From positions 799,823-863,822 of the forward strand of contig NW_027192196.1 of NCBI RefSeq assembly GCF_041956535.1: DNA of 64,000 nt, in the 5' to 3' direction. Below are positions 12,501 through 25,392 of the stretch, one piece after another. This stretch comes from Calcarisporiella thermophila CBS 279.70. Taxonomy: Eukaryota; Fungi; Calcarisporiellomycota. The notes beneath the pieces are model-generated. The model saw only the letters and a program-made list of their open reading frames with translations, was not told the origin of the DNA and made no database searches. The stretch's first letter is position 1. The number at the start of each line of letters is the position of its first letter. The position numbers and the translations under genes were made by a program.

Positions 12501-15500
12501 ATCAGGTAGCGTTAGAAAATAACAATCCCTCCATCTATTATGGCTATCTCTTACTTTCTTTTAAATTTAGAAATTCAATATTTAAAGGTGAACTCTGTTT
12601 CCACCATGCAGATGCTTGAATATGTACAGTCAAACCTATTAGACGAAAATAGTGCTTTTTTGAATACTGGCAAGTCTTGACGTTTTCCCAATCTTACTTG
12701 CAATATGTTTACTTTTTATGTCATTAGAACCTGAATATGTTGAAGTTTGGAAAGGCATTTTCAACAAATTGTTACATTTATGTGTGCCCAATGACGATTA
12801 TTTTGGCCTGATATTCAATTCGCAACAGACGTGTGAGAAATGGTTGAAATTATGGGAAAGTATGTACAAGCTATTTTCTCTCTATCAAGCATGGATACTC
12901 TAATAACTACTCAATAGTTAACTCAGATCCTTCATACGAACTTTTCAAGTTCAATGTGCTCTACACAATTGATGCAATTTTTGGGTGTAGAGCTATTAAG
13001 ACTCGTGAAGATTGTATGAGCTATCTTGAACTGCTTTGCAACATGGACATTCGAAAGCCACATATCCAGTTATACAAGCCGTGGGGTGATATCCTAGGGC
13101 TATTTATTCAAATTAAGTGGCAAACTGTCGCTACATTCGTAAAATATGCGATTTCACATGAGGACAACAAGGAGAATAGAGAAAAGATGATTCATAGGGT
13201 ATTTTCAAAATGCCTTGATAGCATGGGTGATTCTACGGATATGATGACAAATTCTGCGCTGCAAGCCTTCGAAGCATTTTTGGGCTTGCCAGGATGGGAT
13301 AAAACTAAAGAATTTGTAATAGTTCTTTATTTTCAGTATTCATTTTATTTACTAATTTTAATTTCTACTGCTGTAGGCAAAATGCGTTGATCTTGGAATC
13401 GAAATGGTTGAAGAGAGTAGAAGCAATTCAAAACAATTCCCAATTGTTTCGGCGCATTTTATCGATATGGTTTTTCAGCCGTCCGTTCTAGGAGATCCAG
13501 CTGTATGCCAACCGAATGGCCCTCTGCGTAAAGTAAGATTTAAATCTTTATGAAAAATTTCAGCTTGAATAAATACTGAGGCCTACTGCTCAACCTCTAG
13601 GCGTTGCAATATATCGTTGAGCTGGGTAGTATCAAACCTTATATTGTTGCGCGCTGTTCTAGTCATCTTTATCGCTATTGGCGAGAGAACCCCCATTGCA
13701 TGTTTGGCTTTTGTTCGGAGATTATTGAGCTTCTGACGTTTGGGCCTATGCGAGATGACGATGAAAAACGAATGAATGGTGCATTATCCGTCAAATTAAA
13801 AGGAGAACAAAGCAAGGAGTCCAAAGGGCAAGTGAATTTATTATGTAAAATTTAGGTTTATTTTCAATAACTTTTTTCTGTATTTATAGCACTGTTGAGT
13901 ACAATTTTAGTCAAAACGACTATGTAGTACGCGTTCAAATGATATCTTTATTAATACGCTTAAATTTGCAAGATGAGAAAGTACAATCTTTTGCAGAGTC
14001 ATTTTTCCTACTATTGCTTTCTCGGACTATCGATGACAAGGAGTTACAAGAAGGTTTATTTCCAAATACATATAAACATCGAATTAAGGTGATTATTGCA
14101 TTATTGATAAATAACTGCAGCGATTAAATCACTTATTCTCTTTAAAGCTTCGTCTTTGGGCCGCAACACTTATCTGTGCTGAATTTGTGAGTGGACATAT
14201 GGCCGAGAGTGTGGTAAAACGCCTGCTGAATGCATTAAGTCTGGAGTCCGTTCCTTCAACTCGATGTTACCTTGAAGTAATTTTCTAGATATATTATTAT
14301 GTTAAATCGTACATTAACGTTTGTTTTTTATATAGTTAACTTTGATGCGTTTACTCATCAAATTCCCAAAGACACTAGATTTCTTGTGGAGGTAATATAT
14401 ATATGGAATATCAAAAGGCTAATAATAAAACTTATTATTCTCCCCTTGGTTCATAGAGAGTTAAACAACTTCAATCAAAAGGCATTCATAGTGATTACAA
14501 TTATGACCATTCTACTCTGCGTAAGACAGCACATATCATCAGACGAGAAACCAGGATACTTGAAAAAGGTAATTCAAGGACCATACTCTTTTTTTACTGT
14601 TTAGCTCAAAATTAAGCGTTCTCTGAAAATTAGGCACTCTCTCACTTGATGCCTTGGACTATAAGTAATCAGCACATGATCCGGATGGTTGCAATATGGG
14701 CTGTATATCAATTTTGGCGAGATGGCAAGCGGGAAAACATCCTTAGTACCGAGGATGCCGAGTCCCCGCATCTGCATTCTGTCATCCAGTTTTTTGAAAC
14801 GAATGTGGATTTGATTAGGTATTATTTATAAATTTAATTTTTGGCAAATATGATTGTTAACTTACGTTGCGTCCGGATAGATTCCGAGAGAAAACCGAAC
14901 TCTCCTATTTCCATAATGGACTTGATCCTATTGCTGATTTCAATCTGGAATTTGTGTTCCATTATTTACCTGCTCTCTTTGAGGTTACAAAAAATGAACG
15001 TATTTCTTGGGTAATTATTTCAGCATTGCACATATGTTTTACCCCCCTTTATATAAACAGTCTCAATACAAAAAGCGAGCTTTTGCTAAAGTCGACCCGA
15101 CGCCTTCTATCATTCCATTCCACGATTCCACCCGCCCCTTACCATTTAAACTCACTGGCGAAGGCGTTTTAGACACCGACATTGAAACAGAGGATCTTGG
15201 AGAGGACCCAGAAGAACCCACAGAACAAGCAGACTCAAAAGAGGAAATCCAGTATCAGAAAAAAATATTACCCTGGGAGATGATGTTTGAGTCGGATTTA
15301 GATTTGTCTAGAGTGAGCATGGAAAAGGTGAAGAGATATTATGACAGAATTAACAAACACGCACTAATTCTTCTCAACTATTTTCCATTTTCAAGAAAAA
15401 ACGTAATGAAATTATAGTGTGTGCAAGTTTGGTAGATCGAATTCCGAATCTTGCGGGTAAGTATTCATCATTTCTTTCGTTTAATAGCCATGCTTATTAT

Positions 15501-16060
15501 TGTTACCAATAGGTTTATGCCGTACCTGTGAAATATTTAACGCTTCACTACTTACTATCCCTAATATAAGGGTATACTCTAAAATACTATTATTTTCATT
15601 AAAACTCTTGAATTATTTAAATGTTTTTTTTTTTGGGGGGGGGGGGTCATATAGATTACTAAGGACCCACAGTTCACATCTATTTCCGTATCTTCAGAGC
15701 ACTGGATGCCTATAGAAGAAGTGAGCTAATAGAGCTAGCTTAAGATGCATTACCGAGAGATCTAACTATATTTACTTTCAGGTGCGTGAACCAGATCTTC
15801 CAGCTTGGCTACAGCAGAAGAAGTTCGAAGGCTACACACTTCTGGGCCTAGAACAGACAACAAGCAGTCAACTTCTTCCTAAATTTGTTTTCCCCGAACG
15901 ATGCGTGCTACTTCTTGGAAAGGAGCGCGAGGGCATCCCTGCACCTCTGTTGCAAATGCTTGATGAAACACTAGAAATTCCACAATATGGCTTGACACGC
16001 TCACTAAATGTACACGTGAGCGCAGCAATAACCTTATATGCCTATACGGCTAGCAAGTAA
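9582..16060 (+). CDS. TRM3: tRNA (guanosine-18 2'-O)-methyltransferase Trm3/TARBP1, highly intron-rich
   Basis: C-terminal SpoU domain: ASLVDRIPNLAGLCRTCEIF, LLGLEQT, LLLGKEREGIP, IEIPQ-like LEIPQYGLTRSLNVHVS. YQKKILPW precedes it. A long helical N-terminal region is spread over more than 20 short exons; the 5' exon structure is approximate. Confidence 0.88.
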
Positions 16061-17193
16061 TGGATTATATAGCTATAAAACATTATATGTTTAGTGCTAG
16101 GGTGAAGTCGGATAATTAGACATATAGGATCTTTATATATATTTATATAAAGCACCAATATGAGATTTATTATGATAATCGAAAGCTCGTAAAGTCCACA
16201 ATAACCTTCGACTACCGTATCCCGGTAAAATATGGCATAGAATTGCAAATAAACTGAGCTCATAATTCCCCCTAAATTGTAATGATGCACCTGATGTCAC
16301 TAGAAATTCAATGGTTCTCTTTTCGTAAAAGCAAATTGAATTGCTAGTAAGTTGTAAAAATTTCGCCTAGAGTTCTAGTCACTTTGAAGCAAAAGGTAAA
16401 GTCATCTTTTTCGCAAAGAAATTTGATAGTTAGTGTCTCGTATCTGCAATTTCGTTGAATTGGGTATATTAATTAATATAGTAAATAAGGCCTCCAACTA
16501 CAATCCAATCGTCAAATCCTGTTTAGATAGGTAAATTACAGAATCCGTAGCCATTTCAAGGCTTATTGAATTTGTTGTATTTCAGTAATTTAGGGTATAT
16601 GGCCGAACCCACCATGTAACTTAACATTAATTTGACAACTAATACTTTTTAAATAATATCAGAATAAAGTGACCTTCGAAATGAGTAGTGAATTAACTAG
16701 CAATATTTAAAGAGAGAACCCAGATAAAATCGGAGAGCAAAAGCTGTTCAGCTATGTCATTCGCGTATGCGAATGGAGAGGTGTTCATGATGGAGGCATA
16801 AGCCTTAGTATAATGCAATGTGGGCAACGTAATAATAATGCAGCTTTAAAGTCAAACTAGGATTATTATGAATGTTTCTAATTTCCAATAATCAAAAAGA
16901 GTAGTTGATATAGTTGTTAACTTATAAGAACTTTCACATTTATGGAGTAATATTTTATTTATTTATGTTCAAGGATGATCCATATTTTCTTTAAATCTAA
17001 CGTTTGGATTAGAATAAAACTTCCTAAGATTTTTTAAGATAGGATTCAGGATTTCAAAAAATCAAGTAAAATAATTCAAGTCCTAGGGTAGGTTGGCGAA
17101 TTTATAACTTTAAAAGTGCTCGTGGTATTTTCCCTTATCACTCTCTACTATACTTAATATATATTTTCCTCCATTGCAATCATTCAAAGGAGT

Positions 17194-19679
17194 ATGAGCT
17201 CTGAAAACTGGCAAAAAGTATCACGTCGGACAAACAGTCGAGTTCCAGGCAAAAAGAAGTCAGAAAAGAAAAACAGCCCTTCTCCATCTGAAGGTAAATC
17301 TTTTATCTTTTTCACGCGTCGAATCTCACAAAATTAAACCTATTTCGTTGCTAGAGCTCGTTAGCATGTCCTCCAATGCTTATTCCTCTCTTTCCCAGGA
17401 TCTACCCGAAACGAAGTCTAAATATGCACGTCAATCTTCTTCTCCGTCATCATCTTCTTCTATAAGTACAAGCTTTTCCGCTACCAGAGTCCACCGTCAG
17501 AGCAAAAAAAACCCAGCTTCAACAAAAAATAATGGAATGCCTACAGAAGAGCAGCTACGCAATCCTATATTTGGTGGGCCATCACAAGCATCGGAGGAGA
17601 AGCTAAGACAGACAAAGAGCTCTAGCAAGGTAATGAACAAGCAAATTTTTATTTAATATTACTGTGCGAAAATTTTAACCATATCTCTAATTATTTTCTT
17701 TTTACTAGAAAAACTCGAAGCGGAAATCTATCGCTTCTAGAACCGCTCGAAGACAGGTATTGAATATGGGCTTATAAAACCCGATATATGAATGTTAATT
17801 TATTTGTGATAAACTGATTTGGTAGAGAAAAAACCTGTCCTTCATTTGGAGATTCCCTTCATTCCTAATTATTATGTATCTTTTATATGCAACCTTCTTT
17901 GTGTGCCCAATGCAAAATCCAAGAAATATGTCGACTGTATGTCGCGGAATATCTCAGACAGAGAGAGTATTGAAGCAGATTATGGACCCGTGGTATGATA
18001 AATACGCAGCACAGTATGTAGACAAGGCGCAAAAATACTATGTTGAGTACGGCCAGTCTCGAGTTGGTCAGCTGATAGGAATGTATAAACAACATGGAGA
18101 ACCCCTCGTGGACCCATTGAAACCATATTTCCACCAGCTCAAAGACAAGGCCTTCACTTATTACCATGTTCAACTACAGCCGCTTCTGGCAAAGGCATTT
18201 GAACAAGTTACGGATCGTTACCATGCATCTCAACCTTACTTGGACCAAGCGACCAAGCATATGCTTCAACTGTACAATCAACATATTACCCCTCTCGTTC
18301 AGCCAGCTATACCTGTCGTCTCCCAGTTTGTCTCGAATGTGCAGCAGGGTATCATCTTTGCGCAAAACGTCTATCAACAACACATACATCCCCATGCTTC
18401 AGATATCTATTACAGCCATATATCACCATATATGGAGGTTCTGATAAAACATGGAGAAGAGTTCGTGCACCAACTTCCCGATCTTGCACGGGAGCACATA
18501 CTCTTCCTATCTCCCAAGCGCCCCACTGACTTCAAGAAGAAAAAGGGGAAACTATCAAAAGCAGAAGAAATACGGAAGCAAAAGGAGATGATTGAGAAGG
18601 AGCAACGATTTAAGGCGCATCTGGATGCGGAAATCAAAGGTGTGCGCGATGCCGCGGAAGAGCAGGTTGCTCAAGTTAAGCAGGCATGCGAAAATTCTTA
18701 CATCGATGTAGAGAAAAAAATAGAGACGGTAGCATATAAGGAAAGAAATCGGATTACTCAACTTTCGGATGAAGCAGTTACGCATATTCTTAGTTTGGAA
18801 GAATCGAAAAACACCCTATCGCCTAGCCAGTGGGTTGACACAGTCCGTAGTGAAGTCTACGCCGCATCGTCTCGCCTCGCTTCCGCGCTTATAATCAGTA
18901 GGAACTCTCTCGATAGTTTACTCGAGTCAGCCAAGGGAGAATGCAAAATGGCAAAAAAGCTGGGTCGCGAGCAACTAGAATCCCGCATCGGCGAGGCAAT
19001 GGAGCAAAAACCGGACATTAAACAATACGAATATGAACGTGAAGTGCAACGTGCAGCTGTACTTGGAAGGGCCAGTGTGGATTCCGTAATATCGGATACG
19101 TTCGCCCACGAGATGCAAAGACGTTCGCGCCAACAGATTGATGCACATATGAGTCAGTTGAATGATACTATCCACGAAACACGTACCAAGATGGAGAGAG
19201 TATTAGAAAATGCGCGGCAGGAGGCAGATAAGATGGTGCTTGAAGTTTTACAGCGATCAGAGCGATCTCGGGAATCTGATCTTGCGTCGACGGCAAATAA
19301 GAATATGGCAGAAACTCCTTCTCATAAAGAGGTAGCTTCAACCCCTACAGATAAGGATATATCTGAAGTTGTGGAGATATTTGGGAATAGGGAAATGGAA
19401 GGAAGCGCTGAATCGGTTAATAATAATAAGGAAAATGAAGAGGGAAGTGCGATGAGCGTGGAGGGGAAAGCCGCAGAAACGGAGAAGGCACATATTATTG
19501 AGCCGGAAATCCGTGTCGAGGAAGTCTTACCTGAAGAAACGGCGACTGAAGCATTAGCCGAGCCGCCCGTCGACATTACTCCCAGTGCATCACCGGGCGA
19601 GAAAGAGCAAAGAGCGGAACAAATTCTGCCTGCAGCCGAAGGCGAAGAAAGCACACTACGAATCCATAAGGAACTTTAA
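17194..19679 (+). CDS. Single-pass membrane coiled-coil protein, She10-like, ending in HKEL
   Basis: ATG at 17194 (MSSENWQKV...), basic/Ser-rich N-terminal exons, a TM segment followed by CP...VC, Tyr/Pro amphipathic repeats, a long coiled coil, an acidic tail and C-terminal RIHKEL. The family call is tentative. Confidence 0.65.
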
Positions 19680-19821
19680 TTAATTTTAGTCACAGCACTT
19701 TCCAATACTTCATCTTTGTTTTTGTCTGTTTGCTGATCATTGAGCTATTCTCGGGTTTTATCGGTTTTAATAAAATTGTAATACATCAATTCCCTGGTTG
19801 GATGGTGAGGAGTCCGTGCCC

Positions 19822-19827
19822 CACGTG
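19822..19827. promoter_or_regulatory. E-box CACGTG upstream of bHLH gene
   Basis: CACGTG about 115 nt upstream of ATG 19943, in a 263-nt intergenic spacer. Confidence 0.3.
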
Positions 19828-19942
19828 TTGGATGCCCGCAACATTTTAATTTTTTTTCCCTCGATGTTCTAGTGCTTCGATATTAGGCGGTTTATTTATT
19901 TAAGTAGTTTCTTTTTTTTTTTTCAATTGAGAAGAGCAAGCA

Positions 19943-21058
19943 ATGCATCCTCTTCCACAAGAAAAGTCAAAAGCCGATGATCGTCCTATGCGTCTTGCCC
20001 ATCCTACTCCATATCATCAACAGCAGAGTATGATTCGCCAGATGCGAGAAATGGCATTAGACGAAGGAGTCGATTCGGAATTCTTAAATCAATTTTTTCC
20101 GCCTAATCCCACTGGTTCTCTACCAACACAAGTAATCATAAATCCTACAGCCGAGGTTTTAGGAACGTATCCCTCCTCCAATATCGATTATAAACCTGTG
20201 CCCGCCGAGGATCAGTTATATGTTGACCAGGGCGCCGATTTCTCCTACTGCGAATCACCCTCAAACGAGGCGTTTTCGCCCATTGAATCCCAAACCCATA
20301 CCAATAGTGGTAACAATAGCATACCAATTCCCTTTACCCGCCGGCGTCCTCCGCAACATATCTCTACTGCGAGTGGGTCCTATGGCCAATTCCAACCAGG
20401 AAGTTTTGGTCTCGAGCTACATACGATGTCGCTACCCGCTCACGTTGGCGATTTTCCAGTCCATTCTTACGAGAGTTTTCAAGGAGACTCTTATCCAGGA
20501 AGCCCACTCTCCAATATTGCCGAAGGAAAGGGAGAGGATGAAAACGGAGTGAAAACGGAAGACGCAGAAGGAATTCTCAGACAGTAAGCACAAAGATTTT
20601 TTGCAATTTTATAAAGCCTCGCTTATTAAGATTTGGGCATTATAGACAACAATTGTTGTATGAGAGAAGGCGTCGTCGACGAGAATCTCACAATGCTGGT
20701 AAATACATAATCCTTCTCTAAGGTTAAAACTTGTAGCTAATTCATGGTAACTATAGTCGAGCGCAGACGTCGGGATAACATCAATGAGAAAATACAGGAG
20801 CTCTCTTCTTTGCTTCCAGAAGGCTTCGTAGAGACATCGCGTCCTAATAAAGGGATTATTTTGCGACGAAGTGTGGATTACATTCGCGTACTTCAGCAGC
20901 AACTTCATCAACAGGCATCTCGCAATATGGAATTGGAGGCACGCTTACGACAGTATGGAGAAGACGCCAATGAAACCATTGCAAACTCGCGGGGTTTTGC
21001 TGGTCCTAGTAGTTTTGACAACTTTGGGCAATACGGTTTGCAGCACCCGCCGGAATAA
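19943..21058 (+). CDS. bHLH-Zip transcription factor (MiT/TFE/Rtg3/USF-like)
   Basis: The spliced product contains EKRRRRRESHNAVERRRRDNINEKIQELSSLLP...PNKGIILRRSVDYIRVLQ. Introns at about 20584-20645 and 20699-20757. Confidence 0.9.
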
Positions 21059-21372
21059 TCGACTTAATATTGTTTCTATACCAAATATTTTTATAATTAT
21101 TATACAGATCCCCCCTTTATTTGCTAGTTTATTATATCTCACTTGAACTCGCTCTTTGTAATAGAAAACTTGTATTTTACCCGAATTTACGGTCCTTTTA
21201 TGATGGAGACATCATGTACTGATGCAAGTATATCATCTCTATCTCCCTAATCCCCTAAATGAAGATTGTATTAATTTAATCCTGCGGAACCAGAGCTAAT
21301 AAAACACAGTCACAATTTTATTGAAATAAAACAAACGCTTAGACGAGTGCCAAGTCAGTACGATCAAAATAA

Positions 21373-22147
21373 ATGTTTGCAACAAGAAAAGGACTCTATC
21401 AAGCGGTTGCTGCTACGCGGGTATCCCGCATTCCTTACTACCCGACCGCTTCGCTGCTCAACAGTCGCCGTGTCTTCTCAGGAAGCGGAATCGTGCGGAA
21501 TGATGCGCAAGAAAAATCTTCTGAAGTTAAATCAGAAGAAAAGTCAGCCTCTGCTGCATCTGAAAACAAAAACGTCCCTAAAGATGAGAAGAAAGAGGCG
21601 ATGGAGAAGGAAATTGCCGAATGGAAAGTAAGTGATATTGCCCATGCTTATATTCTGTTCCGTTATATTAATTTATAAAATCCATTTTTCAATTTTCTAG
21701 GATAGATACATCCGATCTCTTGCAGACATGGAGAACTTAAGACAGCGCACACGTAAAGAAGTAGAGCAAACGTCACAATACGCTATTCAAAAGTTCGCCA
21801 AAGATCTTCTTGATACCGTTGATATTCTCGGCCTTGCCCTGCGATCCGTTCCTGAAGAGGCTCGCTCTGATAAATCAGAGGCAAATTCTCATCTTGTCAA
21901 TCTCTATACAGGACTTTCTATGACGGAGACAGAATTGATTAAAACTCTTCGCCGCCATGGAGTGGAAGCGTTCGGATCGGAAGGAGATGCTTTTGACCCA
22001 AATATGCACCAGGCTTTGTATCAATCACCAGTACCTGACAAGGAAGTGGGGACTGTTTTCCGAGTGGAAAAGATCGGATACACCCTTAAAGGCCGTGTAT
22101 TACGTCCGGCGCAGGTCGGTGTAGTTGCTGAACCACCTTCTTCCTAG
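21373..22147 (+). CDS. MGE1: Mitochondrial GrpE nucleotide exchange factor
   Basis: Arg/Ser-rich presequence; DRYIRSLADMENLRQRT, YAIQKFAKDLL, FDPNMHQAL and GYTLKGRVLRPAQVGV. One intron, 21628-21700. Confidence 0.95.
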
Positions 22148-22380
22148 TCTGGGGGATACCGGCACATCCGAGTTGGATAAAAATTCTTTTTTTCCGCTCA
22201 ATTTTCCATCTTGTGTTGTCTGATTAGAGGAAACCGACTTTTAAAAGGAATACATAGAATACTGCAACATATAAACGATATTTATTATGTTTCACTAGTT
22301 TACATGAAAAATGAGAGCAATAAGAGAACAATATAATTGACCACTATAATAGGTGAAAAATGGGAGAAGTAAAACAATAG

Positions 22381-23037
22381 CTATTGCTCAGACGTTTGTC
22401 TCGTTCTAGGATCATTATCCACAACAATTCCCATAGGAACATCACTGCTGAGGATCACCTGTGGACCGGGGGATTCATCTACTATATGCTTCAGCTGCTC
22501 CACATATGAAGGGTCTGGCGTGAACCATTGTCGCTCCAAGTCATCTACAAGATCGCCTATTGCAATCCCACTATTTACAATAACTCGACGAAGGGTGGTA
22601 ATGCTTTCATCAACTTTCTCCACGCGCGCCCGAAGTTCTACGCGCACCTTCTCTGTACGTTTGTCGGGTGCGAAGTACGCCCACACCGTATCAATCCAGC
22701 GGGCTTCAGGATCAGCGTATGAAAGTAGATCGATTACAATCTCATTATGAATATGGAACGAGGAAGGGCGAGATTGTCCCGTAAACACGGCATTTTCCAG
22801 AACAATGTTCCCATGATGGCGCATCCATTCCAAGATTTCGGGACGAGTGCCTACAAACGAAAATTTGTTTGTGTTTTGCGAGGAACCAAGGCTGATCTTG
22901 GAAGAGAGCATAGGGGGGGTAACAATGCGGCCGGGTTGTCCGGGAGCGGAATCTACAGACAAAAAGCGGTTGACTTAAGCTACTGCGTGCGGGAAATCAA
23001 CATGAATGCACTTACCAATTTCATAGCCATACAGCAT
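22381..23037 (-). CDS. Hypothetical globular protein (about 197 aa), 2 exons
   Basis: Exon 1 ATG at 23037 (MLYGYEI) with a GTAAGT donor at 23015, spliced in frame to the 193-aa ORF at the AG at 22953-22954. Protein-like composition; no recognised family. Confidence 0.6.
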
Positions 23038-23315
23038 TATGTTAAGGTTTGTTTGTTCACGGAAAAAGGTAGTGGGAAAAACAAATCGTTAATAAATTGG
23101 TTTGTAAGTCGTATTTATGAAATTGGGTGAGAAGGGAAAAAATCAGGATCAACCTGGTATTTATTGATATTATGTGAAACAAATACATCAAAGAAAATAA
23201 ATATGAATGAAAAATTGTGGAAATAAATTCGGGTATGGTATATACATCGTTGCATATTGCAAACTATGCTTTGATATTCAATAACATATCAAAAAATATC
23301 ATTGAATATACTGCA

Positions 23316-25392
23316 TTAGCAGATAACGCAATCTCCACCAATTGTTTCACCCATTCGCTTTCCCCTCCTCAAGTTTTCTTCGTGATGCCGTCGCGTAATT
23401 GTACCAATGTTGCTTCGCTGGATTCTGACTTTAGCTTCCCCCACACCATGGGATGCAGCGATTTGGTACCAATGCTGTGCAACTAGGTTATCTTGTGAGC
23501 ATCCAATTCCTACCTCATGCATATATCCCATAGCAAATTCTGCCTGTGGTAATTGCAGTCCTGCGGCACGTTGACACCAGTGATATGCCAAGTTTTCATC
23601 TCGAGGAATAATTCCTTGATTTCCGTCCCCCTCCATGAACCACTGCGATAATGCAAACATAGCTTTCGCATAGCCTTGATTAGCGGCTTCTTGATAGTAT
23701 TGGAATGCAACTCTAAGATTCGGCAGGCGGCCAAGCTCCCCGTTCTCATAGATCTTACCCACTCGATAGAGGGCCGGAGGATAATATAAATCAGCGGCCC
23801 GAGAAAACTGGGAGAAAGCGGCATCATCGTCAGGGATGGCGATATCCCGGGGGAATGCGACTTCGTACTCATCAGCAAGAATCTGGCCTAGGACATAGGC
23901 TGGTTGGGGAAAGTCGGCCGAGGAAGCTCGCGCGGCAAGATTGAGGTATGTGATGGCCTGCTTAAAATTTTGGGGCTGGCGCATCTCACCAAACACATAC
24001 ACCATAGCCAATTTCTAGTTGACATAGGCATGACACGGAAAGGTTAGGAGATATGATTTTCAAATATGGTTACTCGATCACTTACAAAACTAGCCTTCAC
24101 ATCACCCAATGCAGATGCTCGATTATAATACGAAAGTGCCTTGCTGAATAGGTTCTTGTTTTCGTAGTACAACCCTAGCTTATAGTTCGCTATGGGATGG
24201 TTCTGTTTGGCAGCTGTCGAGTAAAAAGATTTGGCTTTATCTGGAGAGACGGAAAACCCAAAGTCTCCATTTTCAAGCCAAGTCCCCTTGATAAAGCAAG
24301 CCTCCCTGTGTGCTTTTGCTGCCAGCCTTTCAATCCAAAATATTGCCTCCATTTGTAGCTTTTCACGCAGAGCTATGGCATTTGTCTCCGAGGCTTGCTT
24401 CGTCTGCTCAATCAAAAACTTTGCAAAACTAAATTGCACGGACGGCTCATTTGTTTTTTCCGCCTGCTCACGATACATTGCCATCGCCCGATCATCGTTA
24501 ATCAGTGTGATGGAGGAGAGCCTAGAATTGTTGGATATACTGTTGTAAAGTCGAGTGATTTCTCCCGTAGATATACTGGCCATCGACATTGGCCGCTCGC
24601 TAGCCAGAGAGGATATATATGAAGCCACGCGCTCATCGGATCGGTATTGCGCTGAATGAAAAGAGTACGATGGGTTTACGGGAGGCGGAAGAAGTGAAGT
24701 GACGCGAGGTGGAGCTCCATTACCAGATGGATTGGATTCTCGATTGGGTGTCAACGTAAAAAATTCAGAAGCCCTGAGTTGCGGTGAAGTTTCTCTTGAG
24801 GAACTGGATTCAGAGGCAGAATAAGCAGAAGTTGGAGATGCGGATGAACTAGCATGCTTCCTTTCAGACGTCTGGTAGTATTGAGGATCTTTTTGAGGAA
24901 CTGGAGGGGGTGTCGGGGAGAGAATGGGCGACGTCTGCCTCGAGTTAGTGACTGAGGTGTCAATGGGATCAAGAGAGGTTACAAATTGGTATAAGTCATC
25001 CATGGTACAAATGAAAGTAAAGCTAAGCAAAACGTACCAGCAGTTGAAACGGTATTGGGAACCTGTGGCCATTTTTTCTCTTCATGGTAACCATAAGCTT
25101 CACACCCAAGAATCAATGTGCTCTGTTTTTCTGTGTTCGGTGGAGTGTAGGGCCGCTCACTCTGCTGACTTGATATTGTAGTCGGCGACTCGGAACTTGG
25201 GTTAGAGGGTGTGAAAGGATCGAGAGATATTGGAGAAATACAGAGCGGAGGTAGGAATTTGGGGGTTGCCTCGAGATTGAGTGTCTTCGCTCTTCGTCTC
25301 CCTGGAGCTTCTTGTAATGGAGTTTGGTGTGTGATATACGAAACTGACGGGCTCTTCTGCCGCAGTGTAATACAAGCTTGCTGCGCCGTCAT
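23316..25392 (-). CDS. Sel1-repeat chitin synthase activator (Chs4/Skt5-like)
   Basis: Disordered S/P-rich N-terminus, 'AMYREQAEKTNEPSVQFSFAKFLI', multiple Sel1 repeats (AEFAMGYMHEVGIG etc.) and a C-terminal CaaX box DCVIC. 3 exons. Confidence 0.88.

Noticed and set aside
16061-17193. ORF 16042-16290(-) and 1.1 kb spacer as a hidden gene
   Set aside because: AT-rich hydrophobic ORF antisense to the TRM3 3'UTR; no coherent exon chain.
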